DNA of 55,053 bases, taken from NCBI GenBank assembly GCA_903846945.1, contig CAINCE010000042.1, positions 1-55,053 of the forward strand, written 5' to 3'. This document shows positions 20,101-28,800 of the stretch, in pieces. How positions within the stretch are numbered: position 1 is the stretch's first letter; each line of letters opens with the position of its first letter. The DNA is from an uncultured bacterium. GTDB lineage: Bacteria > Patescibacteriota > Minisyncoccia > Phycocordibacterales > PALSA-1337. The notes beneath the pieces are model-generated. The model ran no database searches. It had not been told where the DNA came from and saw only the letters and a program-made list of their open reading frames with translations. The translations under genes were made by a program, and so were the position numbers.

Positions 20101-20365
20101 TGCGAACATCATGTGCTCGGTCACCGATGATTCCCTGCAATTTCGTTCTCATCGCTTTCACCCCAGCATCTGTATATGTGATAGCCAGAATGCCATTTGC
20201 AGGTGTATCCGTCAGTTTCAATATGTTCGCGATGCGCAGCGTCAGGATGGTCGTCTTGCCCGTCCCTGGACCAGCTATGACCATGACAGGACCTTCTATA
20301 GTGTCCACTGCCTTTTTCTGGGCGGAGTTAAGGGACGTATATAGTTGTTCGAATGAAACTTGCAT
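17174..20365 (-). CDS. UvrD/PcrA-family helicase fused to a C-terminal PD-(D/E)xK (Cas4/AddB-like, Cys-cluster) nuclease
   Basis: AGPGTGKTT Walker A, DEHQDTN, QNYRS, helicase motif VI VALTRA. C-terminus has KCPNQF...DYK...CDDPKCEWCG. Confidence 0.85.
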   Translation of the reverse strand: MQVSFEQLYTSLNSAQKKAVDTIEGPVMVIAGPGTGKTTILTLRIANILKLTDTPANGILAITYTDAGVKAMRTKLQGIIGDRAHDVRIHTFHSFASSIISEYQDHFLHLNEVKQMTDIEQESLIRKIIEDQKFVDLRPAGKPDVYVSGIIRGIDEAKREAMTPEMVRAFARSEIERIQTDEESISTRGATKGQLKADAKEQIEKLERTLLFADIYDAYESGKREAKRMDFNDLIIELLLALREDELLLRLIQERYLYIHVDEHQDTNDAQNFILSIIAEFFDTPNVFIVGDEKQAIYRFQGASVENFLKLQKKWPNMEVIKLDQNYRSHQSILDGSFSMIEKNYEEDEHRDLRVRLRSGSKERAEPIEIITGENTTAIEFQLIERLRRLMATGDESDDVLGSDTMHLNGERPIGSHANPSTANNRPTVAIIVRRNRDLDRIIRLCEFHGIKISSERSIDIFNHPVGKIFFDLLQYIVDPTRVDLVANTIIVGMWGLDFATGTEIVKKLRSGTFDEFDTKIPGLSSIRAALLSHGPIAFIVHAGERSGYTKVIDRDPIYINVWRGIVSLAESLARDGGISDPAELITRLLAYRTSAETRTVKVSVGAPDLPIQAMTAHGSKGLEFDYVFIPYATEEAWIGRPKGASFVLPKKRTTESEVKDVRRLFYVALTRARKHAVVMTSLEESDGKTLTPLRFIDELDEKHIKKVTLDRLGAEKLYEKETSTIEGVEGGQMTISVGENKSFRRDSKSDGAESIVDERVKQRKIVDEKILDIAKNSLTKKGLSVTSLNHFLKCPNQFIYQSILKMPQAPSVAAEKGTAMHEALSRVWTAVASSSKVVEDISEIQKIMDDSVSAYFSKSLLSAREKVLAKSELAEDMPAVARALSTHFSLKDEKSTVLTESWVESIQRFKIYDLGFMKWAIGDTESSEKIISIPIHGKLDAILDNGHEVTVFDYKTKLAMSENAIKGETKNSDGNYFRQLVFYKILVGDDKRWKGRRIHPALVFVSPDAKGRCPTVSLPITEQDEKSVIDNIRSLVDAVWSGEIVKSFCDDPKCEWCGLRRV
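17613..17640. repeat. Exact (NTAAATC)x4 heptamer array inside the helicase CDS
   Basis: ATAAATC CTAAATC GTAAATC TTAAATC, translated on the minus strand as RFKIYDLGF. Same motif family as 43574-43605. Confidence 0.8.
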
Positions 20366-20416
20366 TGAGTTAAATTTCTGTTATAATAGTCTTACAAATT
20401 GCCAAACGGCACCCGA

Positions 20417-20443
20417 GGAAACCCCACACTGTGTGGGGTTTCC
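20417..20443 (-). terminator. Perfect 13-bp palindrome, candidate terminator between the rpoD operon and the helicase gene
   Basis: GGAAACCCCACAC-T-GTGTGGGGTTTCC. No clear T-tract on the minus strand. Confidence 0.4.
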
Positions 20444-20575
20444 GATTTATGCAAATAATTTCATATATTCAATAGAAAGCTCTCCAATATTTTTATCAAC
20501 TTCTTCTATCATATACACCAAGTATGACAGAAATAAGTCGTAAATCAATCTGTACACCGAGCGGAATATATTCTA

Positions 20576-21145
20576 TTAAGCTGTAATGGGTGAAGATTCA
20601 GTCACCGGCACCACATTCTCCGAAATATGACTCATGATCTGATTCCTCACTTCGTTCGGGTTGGGTATCTGACGGAAATCAAACTTATTTTCCGTACCAG
20701 CGGTCTGTACTACTAGATCGCCAAATTTCAATATAGACTGGAACAAACCATCAACCTTCACCGAAATATCCTGAACTCGAGATAGGTGGAGTTCTGATAC
20801 AGACCTATTGAAAAATCCGTGCTGTGTACTGTCTATAATCCTCTTGTCAGTCACGACCCATACATCCAATATATACATAGTGACCGAATAAAATAGTACC
20901 TGCCATAACAGTAGACACCACAGACTGTAAACAAGGAGTGCCACCCCAATGAGGTCGTATGATGATAGAAATGAACTGAAAACTGTCGCAATGATGAGTG
21001 GCAAAACTACTAGGATCGCGATGAATATCGTCTTCACGATGATGAAAAATGGATGACGCCTCGTTAGGAGCAATACTTTTTCACCCGGTTCCATCCCTTC
21101 AAATGAATTCTTCGAGTCATTGAGAATTGCGAGGATAGATGCCAT
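20576..21145 (-). CDS. Membrane protein with bacterial PH (YdbS/YdbT-like) domain
   Basis: Two TM helices, then VVTDKRIIDSTQHGFFNRSVSELHLSRVQDISV. Confidence 0.65.
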   Translation of the reverse strand: MASILAILNDSKNSFEGMEPGEKVLLLTRRHPFFIIVKTIFIAILVVLPLIIATVFSSFLSSYDLIGVALLVYSLWCLLLWQVLFYSVTMYILDVWVVTDKRIIDSTQHGFFNRSVSELHLSRVQDISVKVDGLFQSILKFGDLVVQTAGTENKFDFRQIPNPNEVRNQIMSHISENVVPVTESSPITA

Positions 21146-21147
21146 GT

Positions 21148-21411
21148 TTATTTATTTATACTACCTACTAAGGTGATAATGTTGCTCTTGAGAGCCGTCA
21201 TATTGACAGAAGCAAAAAATAGAAAAACCACACAAAAGAATGCCACCGAACCAAATAGGTATATCGAAGCCAACCTCTTCGGTGCCGTCCCTATACCGAA
21301 CCTGATCAAGTGATAGACAACCGTAAATGTAAAAAGCCAGTAGCCGACGAAGACAAACAATACCAATATGTAGAACATCGTATCTGGATTGATGATAGTA
21401 TCCAATGTCAT
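21148..21411 (-). CDS. Small hypothetical membrane protein (3 TM segments)
   Basis: Hydrophobic ORF packed between rpoD (6-nt gap) and the PH-domain gene (2-nt gap). Confidence 0.55.
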   Translation of the reverse strand: MTLDTIINPDTMFYILVLFVFVGYWLFTFTVVYHLIRFGIGTAPKRLASIYLFGSVAFFCVVFLFFASVNMTALKSNIITLVGSINK

Positions 21412-21417
21412 GTTGAT

Positions 21418-22671
21418 TTAATAGTTCTTGAGCCTATTTATCTTGTCATGTTGGCGGATCTTTTCGTGTGCCTTTGCCTCGATCTGACGGATGCGTTCGC
21501 GAGTAACGCCAAATTCGCGACCTACTTCCTCGAGAGTGTGAGTGATACCATCATTCAAACCGTGGCGCATCTCTAGGATCTTGCGCTCTTTTTCCGAAAG
21601 GTCATTTAATATCATATTTACCTGATCACGCAAGATGCGTCGTGAAGACTCCTGATCTGGAGAAAGGATCTTGTCGTCAGCGATAAAGTCCTGGAGTGTA
21701 GACTTGTCATCACCATCATCACCGACTGGCTTTTCGAGAGAAACGACTTCTTGTTCGATCTTTTCTATCTGGTAGATCTTCTCGACATCCATACCCATCT
21801 CCATAGCGATCTCATCTGGCAATGGTTCACGACCTAGGTCATGAGAGAGTCTGCGAACAACTTGTTTGTACTTGGCGATGGTTTCCACCATGTGCACTGG
21901 CACGCGTATCGTTCTAGACTGATCAGCGAGTGCACGAGTTATCGCCTGACGGATCCACCATGTAGCATAAGTTGAAAACTTGTACCCTTTCGTCCAGTCG
22001 AACTTATCAACAGCTCTGAATAGGCCGAGGTTGCCTTCTTGGATGAGGTCGAGTAATGTGAGATCAGGAGAACGACCGACATATTTCTTGGCGATGGAAA
22101 CGACGAGACGGAGGTTGGCTTTTGCTAGCAAACCAACGGCCTCTTTGTCACCTGCCTGGATACGCTTGGCCAACTCCTTTTCCATACTGGCGTTGATGAG
22201 CGGATACTGACCGATCTCCTTTAGATACATCTGGATAGAGTCATATGCAGAATCAGGATTCCTAGAGAGATGCGAAACTGGCTTCTTGTGACTCAGATCC
22301 TCAACTTCGAGAAGTCCCCCACCTTCCAAAACATCCACATTTGCTGTAGTAAACTTTGTATACAGCTCATCTAGAAACAGGACGTCATTCTCGATCTGTG
22401 GAAATTCCTTCAATATCTCATCATAAGTGACGAATCCACGATCCTTGCCTTTTTGTATGAGTTTATTTGCTTTCGTCTCAAATTCACGAGCCTTGCTGAC
22501 AGCGGGCTTCTGGGTGGTATTTCTGGCAGAACCCTTCGATCCACTACTAGAACTCTTGGTAGTTTTTCTAGATGTTGTTTTTACTCGAAAAGACGCCCTT
22601 TTTGTTGGACGCTTCGAACTGTGGCGGGCTCTGAATCCGCCAGCTGGCGGAGTTTTTTTGTTTTTGCGCAT
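21418..22671 (-). CDS. rpoD: Primary RNA polymerase sigma factor (sigma-70)
   Basis: [13 protein letters not shown] (region 2.4), IRVPVHM (region 3), [23 protein letters not shown] (region 4.2). Basic low-complexity N-terminus. Confidence 0.95.
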   Translation of the reverse strand: MRKNKKTPPAGGFRARHSSKRPTKRASFRVKTTSRKTTKSSSSGSKGSARNTTQKPAVSKAREFETKANKLIQKGKDRGFVTYDEILKEFPQIENDVLFLDELYTKFTTANVDVLEGGGLLEVEDLSHKKPVSHLSRNPDSAYDSIQMYLKEIGQYPLINASMEKELAKRIQAGDKEAVGLLAKANLRLVVSIAKKYVGRSPDLTLLDLIQEGNLGLFRAVDKFDWTKGYKFSTYATWWIRQAITRALADQSRTIRVPVHMVETIAKYKQVVRRLSHDLGREPLPDEIAMEMGMDVEKIYQIEKIEQEVVSLEKPVGDDGDDKSTLQDFIADDKILSPDQESSRRILRDQVNMILNDLSEKERKILEMRHGLNDGITHTLEEVGREFGVTRERIRQIEAKAHEKIRQHDKINRLKNY

Positions 22672-22731
22672 GTAGAGATGTGTTGGTTAACTTGGAGCTA
22701 TTGTATAGTAATAATGAATAATTGGCAAGTG

Positions 22732-24681
22732 TTACCCCCTAACTTTCTTCCCCACCTCCGCCTTCCTGATAGACAATGCGTGGCATTTCTTGGCGAGTTC
22801 TGCTAAGCGTGTCGCATCACCAGCCTTTTCTGCAACTCGGAGTTCCTGCATCGCATCTATCAATTCTTCATTGACGATATCTAGACCAAAATTAGATATC
22901 AGTTCCTTCATATGTATGTCCCATTTTGCCACATCGCTACCATACATCGCCTCAGCTTCGAATGACATATCACCTATCTGATCTGACACCCTCAGAGCCC
23001 GACCAGCGTATGACTCCCCCGCTGTCTTCTCTACCTCGGCTAGATATTCGGAATATTTCTTCTCATCCTGCTTCTTGATCAAATGTAGTAGGCCGAACAT
23101 ACGGCGTTCCACCAGATCATTATGTTTCTGCTTGTATGTATACGCATCAGACTGCACAGAAGTTGCAGATGCATGTAGATTGCTTCCTGCCGAGACACTA
23201 GAATTATTTGTTGAGCCTTTTGTAAGGCTGGCACTAGTAGCAGTCGGTGCCAAAGCTTCCGTTTCCATCTTTTTCCTAACTGCACGCAGATCATCCCATA
23301 TAGCACCTGCGTCAATATTCGCCTTGTCAGCGATCATCTTTACAAAATAGTCCTGATCTGTTCGACTATCGATACTCGCGAGCAATGGAAACACTCTCTC
23401 ACGCAGCATTCGTGGGATCTTGCGTGGGTCCTTTTCATCTCGGAGTACATTCATCAATTCAAATTCAACAACGGGTTTAGTGGTACGCAATATCTCTTTC
23501 CATATTTCTGGATTTTCCTTCACCAAGTCTGCTGGATCCTTGCCACCAACGATGTCTGCCATCTTCACATCCATACCGAGTGAGAGTGCTATGCCTGCTG
23601 CTCGAAATGCGGCTTTACGACCAGCGTTATCAGAGTCGAAAGCTATCACCACATTTGGAGATAGACGACGGATGAGTCCGAGATTGTTCACTGCACCCGC
23701 TTTATTTACCGACTCATCTGACAGAGCTGTACCTGATGCAGCCACGATATTCTTTACCCCTGCCTGATATGACATGATGAGATCCATCTGACCTTCGACC
23801 ATGATGGAATAATTCATCGTGCGAATAGAAGTCTTCGCCTTGTCCAGTCCGAACAATATAGATGACTTGTCATATAGCAATGTATCTGGGCTGTTTAGAT
23901 ACTTTGCTGACCTCTCGTCCTCCTTCAATATGCGACCCGTGAATGCGACTATACGCCCACTGGAGTCAGAGATAGGAAACATCACGCGACCTCGGAATCG
24001 GTCATAGTAGGATGCTGCGAGAGAATGTGGAGAAAGTTGACCAGAAATGGCTTTCGGACCGAGTGAAGACGAGGAAGAACGAGTTGCTTCGCCAGCAGGC
24101 GAAGACAGCGTACGTTTCGGGGCAACTTCCTCCACATTCCTATCTTTCTTCTTTATGAGCCCCGCCTTTTCAATCACTACCTGACCCCATCCCTTTTTCT
24201 TCAGGTATTCAAATAGATGTGTCCAACCCTCTGGCGCCCAACCTATGCGAAATGCTTCTTTCGTTTCTGGCTTTATGCCACGACCCTTCACATACTCTTG
24301 TGCATCCTTCGAACGGGCATATTGGTCTTCAAAGAATTTTGCCGCGTCCTCCATGATGCGGAACAATTGGTCCCTCTCGCTCTCGTCTTTCTGATTCACT
24401 ACCAGAGGCACGCCCGCTCTTTCAGCGAGCACTTTGAGTGCGCCCTTGAAATCGAGTCCTTCGAACTGCTCGACAAAGTTAAATATGTCCCCTTTCGAAT
24501 TACACCCAAAACAGTAATACCCGCCTCTCTCCGGTGATATGAAAAATGACGCCGACTTCTCGTTGTGAAATGGGCACTTGGCTTTGTATGACTTCCCTGC
24601 ACGGTCGATCTTCACATAGGAACCGATGAGGTCTTCTATGGGTATGCGAGCTTTGATCTCTTCGACAGTGGTTCGTGACAT
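22732..24681 (-). CDS. dnaG: DNA primase with an in-frame inserted element
   Basis: Zinc ribbon CPFHNEKSASF...YYCFGC. TOPRIM EGQMDLI and DSDNAGRKAA. Start at MSRTTVEEIK (24681) by similarity to primase N-termini. Confidence 0.92.
   Translation of the reverse strand: MSRTTVEEIKARIPIEDLIGSYVKIDRAGKSYKAKCPFHNEKSASFFISPERGGYYCFGCNSKGDIFNFVEQFEGLDFKGALKVLAERAGVPLVVNQKDESERDQLFRIMEDAAKFFEDQYARSKDAQEYVKGRGIKPETKEAFRIGWAPEGWTHLFEYLKKKGWGQVVIEKAGLIKKKDRNVEEVAPKRTLSSPAGEATRSSSSSLGPKAISGQLSPHSLAASYYDRFRGRVMFPISDSSGRIVAFTGRILKEDERSAKYLNSPDTLLYDKSSILFGLDKAKTSIRTMNYSIMVEGQMDLIMSYQAGVKNIVAASGTALSDESVNKAGAVNNLGLIRRLSPNVVIAFDSDNAGRKAAFRAAGIALSLGMDVKMADIVGGKDPADLVKENPEIWKEILRTTKPVVEFELMNVLRDEKDPRKIPRMLRERVFPLLASIDSRTDQDYFVKMIADKANIDAGAIWDDLRAVRKKMETEALAPTATSASLTKGSTNNSSVSAGSNLHASATSVQSDAYTYKQKHNDLVERRMFGLLHLIKKQDEKKYSEYLAEVEKTAGESYAGRALRVSDQIGDMSFEAEAMYGSDVAKWDIHMKELISNFGLDIVNEELIDAMQELRVAEKAGDATRLAELAKKCHALSIRKAEVGKKVRG
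24023..24139. repeat. 117-bp GC-rich element with 19-bp terminal inverted repeats, in frame inside dnaG
   Basis: GAATGTGGAGAAAGTTGACC (24023-24042) versus the reverse complement of GGCAACTTCCTCCACATTC (24121-24139). Central hairpin CTTCGCC-AGCA-GGCGAAG. It is 39 codons (NVEEVAPKRT...GQLSPHS). Confidence 0.75.
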
Positions 24682-24726
24682 GTGTGTAGTATAGGGTATT
24701 GAAGGCAAAGTATAAAGGGTGGTGCA

Positions 24727-24745
24727 ATGTGCATAACTTGCACAT
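24727..24745. promoter_or_regulatory. Operator-like palindrome ATGTGCA-N5-TGCACAT (copy 1)
   Basis: Perfect inverted half-sites within the 10-bp-stem hairpin 24724-24748. It lies 46 nt upstream of the dnaG start. Confidence 0.45.
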
Positions 24746-24782
24746 TGCTTTCAAAAGCAACTGTCAAATATTCTTTGACAGT

Positions 24783-24801
24783 ATGTGCAAAATTTGCACA
24801 T
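24783..24801. promoter_or_regulatory. Operator-like palindrome ATGTGCA-N5-TGCACAT (copy 2)
   Basis: Identical half-sites and spacing. Its centre is 56 bp from the centre of copy 1. Confidence 0.45.
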
Positions 24802-24850
24802 ACTGAACTCTGAACTTGTTTCAAAATGGAACAAGTTGCCGTTTCTGACA

Positions 24851-24873
24851 GTTATCCGGAAATTCCGGATAAC
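24851..24873 (-). terminator. Perfect palindrome GTTATCCGGAA-A-TTCCGGATAAC just downstream of rhuM (terminator or protein-binding site)
   Basis: 11-bp arms, 10 nt after the rhuM stop, no T-tract. A near-identical palindrome sits inside rhuM at 25183-25207. Confidence 0.3.
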
Positions 24874-24882
24874 TGAGTATAA

Positions 24883-25473
24883 CTAATCTGCTTCCAAGTT
24901 CTTCGTCAATTTGACTATGATCTTGCCTTTTAACTTACCCGGATTGTCAGTTGATTCTATAAGAGCAATAGCTTCTTGTAGACCTTCAATCTTTTCAGGC
25001 GATTTGGCAACTACTGATCTATTTAGGCTATAACCACTGACAACGTAGTCTCGCAATACACTTGTTGCCCAAATACGAAACTGGGTAGCCATTTTAGAAT
25101 TAACTCTATAACCAACTGCAATTATCGCGTCAAGATTGTACACATTTGTGATGCGACTGATCTTACGACCCCCTTCACTTTGAACTATCCGGAATTTCCG
25201 GATAGTTGAGTCTGTTTTTAACTCATTTGTTATATATATGTTATTAAGATGCTCGTTAACAGTACGAACATTAACATCAAATAATTGAGCGATCTGTAAC
25301 TGGGTTGCCCATATAGTTTCTCCCTCAACATCCGCCCTCAACTCTGTATTTCCTTTATCATCAGTATAAATGATGATTTTGTCACTCTTGTCAGCAGTTT
25401 TATTTTTTGCAATAACTAAATCCTTCTTACTAGTTGAATTCTCGTTACTCTTACCTGATTTCTTTTTTTTCAT
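24883..25473 (-). CDS. rhuM: RhuM-family (virulence-associated, Fic/DOC-neighbourhood type) protein
   Basis: WATQLQIAQLFDVNVRTVNEHL...NLDAIIAVGYRVNSKMATQFRIWATSVLRDY matches my recollection of the RhuM family consensus. Confidence 0.75.
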   Translation of the reverse strand: MKKKKSGKSNENSTSKKDLVIAKNKTADKSDKIIIYTDDKGNTELRADVEGETIWATQLQIAQLFDVNVRTVNEHLNNIYITNELKTDSTIRKFRIVQSEGGRKISRITNVYNLDAIIAVGYRVNSKMATQFRIWATSVLRDYVVSGYSLNRSVVAKSPEKIEGLQEAIALIESTDNPGKLKGKIIVKLTKNLEAD

Positions 25474-25757
25474 AAATTTGTAGTTAAAATATTAATTATT
25501 AATCCCATACAAAAAATACTGCCTGCAGGTGGCTAGTTTTCTTTACCTCACTAAGTCATCACAACCTCAGAGACGAACTGGTTGTGACTAATATAGGTGA
25601 ATTATAGCGTCAAACGAGGGTTTGTGGAAGCCTCGCTTGCACGAAACCCGAGTGAAGACGATATATGAGCGAAGCGAATATACTACGATTGAGATTTGTG
25701 GCAATAACTAGAGACTGTAAAATGTATTATGACCTGCCATCAATAGAATATCTAATA

Positions 25758-25789
25758 CCAGAAAACCCCGTAAACACGAGGCTTTCTGG
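25758..25789 (-). terminator. Candidate hairpin terminator downstream of rpoC
   Basis: CCAGAAA...TTTCTGG with inner GC pairs, about 100 nt past the rpoC stop. Confidence 0.3.
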
Positions 25790-25885
25790 TTATAACCAAT
25801 CGACGCTATCTGGTTACTTGATCTTGGATAATATTGTTTGACCAATTCTTGGGTTAATTAGACCAATTAGAAATTAGGTCAATTA

Positions 25886-28800
25886 TTACACCTCCCCCAA
25901 CGCGGCATCCCTCTTTGCTGACATAGCATCGATCATCGCTTTCTTCGGAGATCCTTCGAAGCCTGTACCAGCTGGAACGAGGCGTCCGATGATGACATTT
26001 TCCATTAGACCTGTGAGATCATCATCAGCACCACGGACGGCATTAGCGATAAGGACGCGTGTAGTATGCTGGAACGAAGCAGCTGACAAGAAACTCTTAC
26101 GGGTTAGAGAAGTCTCTGTGATACCCATCACCAGCTTCTCAACCTTCGCAGGCTCACCTCCAGCTTCCTTAGCAGCTGCATTCTCTTCGCCGAGCTGTAT
26201 ATCATCGACAACCATGCCATCCGTAAGGTTCGTATTACCACCTTCCAAGACGCGGCGTCGACTGAACATCTGCTTCACGATGAGCTCGATGTGCTTTCGT
26301 GACACAGTCTCACCCTGCAGCTCATAGATCTTTCCAACTTCGGTGATGACATAATCCTTTGCTTTCTCTTCACCACCGTATTCGAAGACCTCATCGATAT
26401 CGGCAGATCCGTCCGTTAAGAGCTGTCCTTTCGTGACTCGATCCCCAACTCTCACTGTAGTAGCACGACGATATGGGAATAGATACTCAACTTCAGAACC
26501 TTTCTTTGCGGAACCCTTGGCCTTGTCCTCAATATCTGGAATAACATAGATCGCCTTTTCCTTACCCATATCTTTGAATCCTGTAACGACTCCATCTACT
26601 GTAGCAACTACGGCTGGATTCTTAGGTCGTCGCTTCTCAAAGACTTCCTCGACGCGAGGCAAACCTTGTGTGATGTCACCACCTAGTCCTGCTGCACCTC
26701 CCTGGTGGAATGTACGCATCGTGAGCTGAGTTCCAGGTTCTCCGATAGCTTGGGCAGCGACCGTTCCTACAGCTTCACCTAGTGCGATGAGAGAGTTCTT
26801 TCCTAGGTCGAGTCCATAACACATCGAACATACTCCACGAACAGTTTTACATGATAGAGGAGATCGAACATGAACATCAGTTATACCAGCCTCCTCGACT
26901 TTCGAAGCATCGGCCTTGGAAAGCAGGTGTCCTTTTTTAAATAGAACTACATCGTCTGCTGTTTTAATGTCTTGAGCAATGATACGACCTCGGATGTTCT
27001 TTGATAGAGGGATATTCATACCAGAGGCTGTCTGCTTGTGAATGACGATGCTGTCCTTGGTTCCACAGTCTTCCTCTGAGACAACGACGTCCTGAGCAAC
27101 CACGAACAACTTACGAGTTAGATATCCAGCTTTGGCAGTGTTTAGAGCCGTATCTGTGAGACCTTTACGAGAACCGTGAGTAGTGATGAAGTATTCGATA
27201 GGAGTCAAACCTTCCTTCGCACAGGATAGAATAGGAAACTCGATCGTCTCTCCAGAAACTGATGAGATGAGACCTTTCATACCTGCCATCTGTGTGATCT
27301 GTGATAGGGATCCGCGAGCACCTGATGTGATCATGTCATAAACGGAACCCATCTTGTCGAGAGATGCGGGAATAGCTTTCTCAACCTCACCCTTGGCTTT
27401 CTGCCAAATCTCGATATGTTTCCTGATGCGCTCTTCCTCTGTGAGGAGTCCTTCGTCAAATTGCTTGGAAACGATATCAGCTGAACGCTTGCCTCGTGCA
27501 ACTATCTCGCCCTTGGCTGCTGGAACCATGATGTCATCGATACCCCATGTAGTTCCTGAAAATGTAGCATAGCTAAATCCAAATGTTTTTATCTTGTCCA
27601 AGATAGGTGCGACATTCACTGCGCCGTGCAATGTGATCATGTCATCGATGATAGCGGCGATACGCTTGCGCCCAATCTCTTCATTGATGAATGGATAGTC
27701 TTCTGGAAGCATGTTGTTAAACAATATACGACCAACAGTTGTCTCGAACATCTGCTCCTGGAGCGCAGCATATTTCATGGTCTTTGGTGCGATCACGCGG
27801 ACCAACTCACGAAGGTCGATATCATCAAAATTGTACGCCAACTCTGCAGCTTGTGGGGACTCGAAGTATTTTAGATCAGTCTTAAAGTCCTTAAAGTCTG
27901 AAAGTCCTCCTGCGCTTGACTTTCGACTTTCGTCCGCCGGCTGGCGGATCGACTTTTCTTTTATTTTCGTCACCCAGAAACAGCCAAGGACGATATCCAA
28001 CATCTTTGCGACGACTGTAGGATCATTGTTACCTGGTTTCAATATGTTCTTGTCAGCCGCCATGATCTCTCGAGCTTCCATCTGTGCTTCATCAGAGAGT
28101 GGGACATGGACTGCCATCTGGTCACCGTCAAAGTCAGCATTAAAGGCTGTACATACTAGTGGGTGAACATGGATAGCATTACCCTCGATCAAAACCGGTT
28201 TGAAAGCTTGGATACCGAGTCTGTGTAGAGTAGGTGCACGGTTTAACAATACATATTTGCCTTTGATGACTTCTTCCAATATCTCCCAAACTTCCTTGGC
28301 ATCATCATCGATAAATCTGTTTGCCCCGCGTATGTTATATGCCAACTCTTTCTTGAGTAGTCCTCCAATGACAAATGGACGGAATAGTTCTAGTGCCATA
28401 TGCTTTGGCAGACCACACTCATCTATCTTCAATTCTGGACCAACGACGATCACGGATCGACCTGAATAGTCGACGCGCTTTCCGAGGAGGTTCTGACGGA
28501 AGAGACCTCTCTTTGATTTCAAACTATCTGAGAGTGACTTGAGTGCTCTCTTCTGGGCGGCGATAGCAGCCGCACCAGCGGATGAACTGTGACGGATAGA
28601 GTTGTCTATGAGAGCGTCTACTGCCTCCTGCAATATTCTTTTTTCATTTCTCAAAATAACTTCTGGAGCATTGATCTCCTTTAGTTTCAATAGGCGGTTG
28701 TTGCGGTTGATGACACGACGATAGAGATCGTTCACATCTGATGTAGCATAACGACCACCATCCAATGCAACCATAGGTCGGATACCTGGTGGGATGACTG

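Noticed and set aside
25648-25675. Short exact matches between distant loci. CCGAGTGAAGACGA occurs at 24059-24072 and 25648-25661. GATATATGAGCGAAGC occurs at 25660-25675 and 38503-38518. AGGGGACTTGCG occurs at about 1936 and 4922.
   Set aside because: For ~55 kb on two strands, an order-of-magnitude N^2/4^k estimate gives several chance 14-mers and roughly one chance 16-mer. These matches alone do not establish a repeat family. They may become meaningful only if a genome-wide search shows more copies.
27711-28166. Long antisense ORFs inside conserved genes. Examples: 27711-28166 and 25989-26327 in rpoC, 31938-32348 in rpoB, 20094-20543 and 18024-18368 opposite the helicase, 12139-12489 in typA, 37997-38395 opposite radC, 35073-35393 opposite trmD.
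   Set aside because: They lie opposite strongly supported conserved CDSs and have low-complexity or Ser/Arg-rich compositions typical of shadow ORFs. None has start or regulatory signals of its own.
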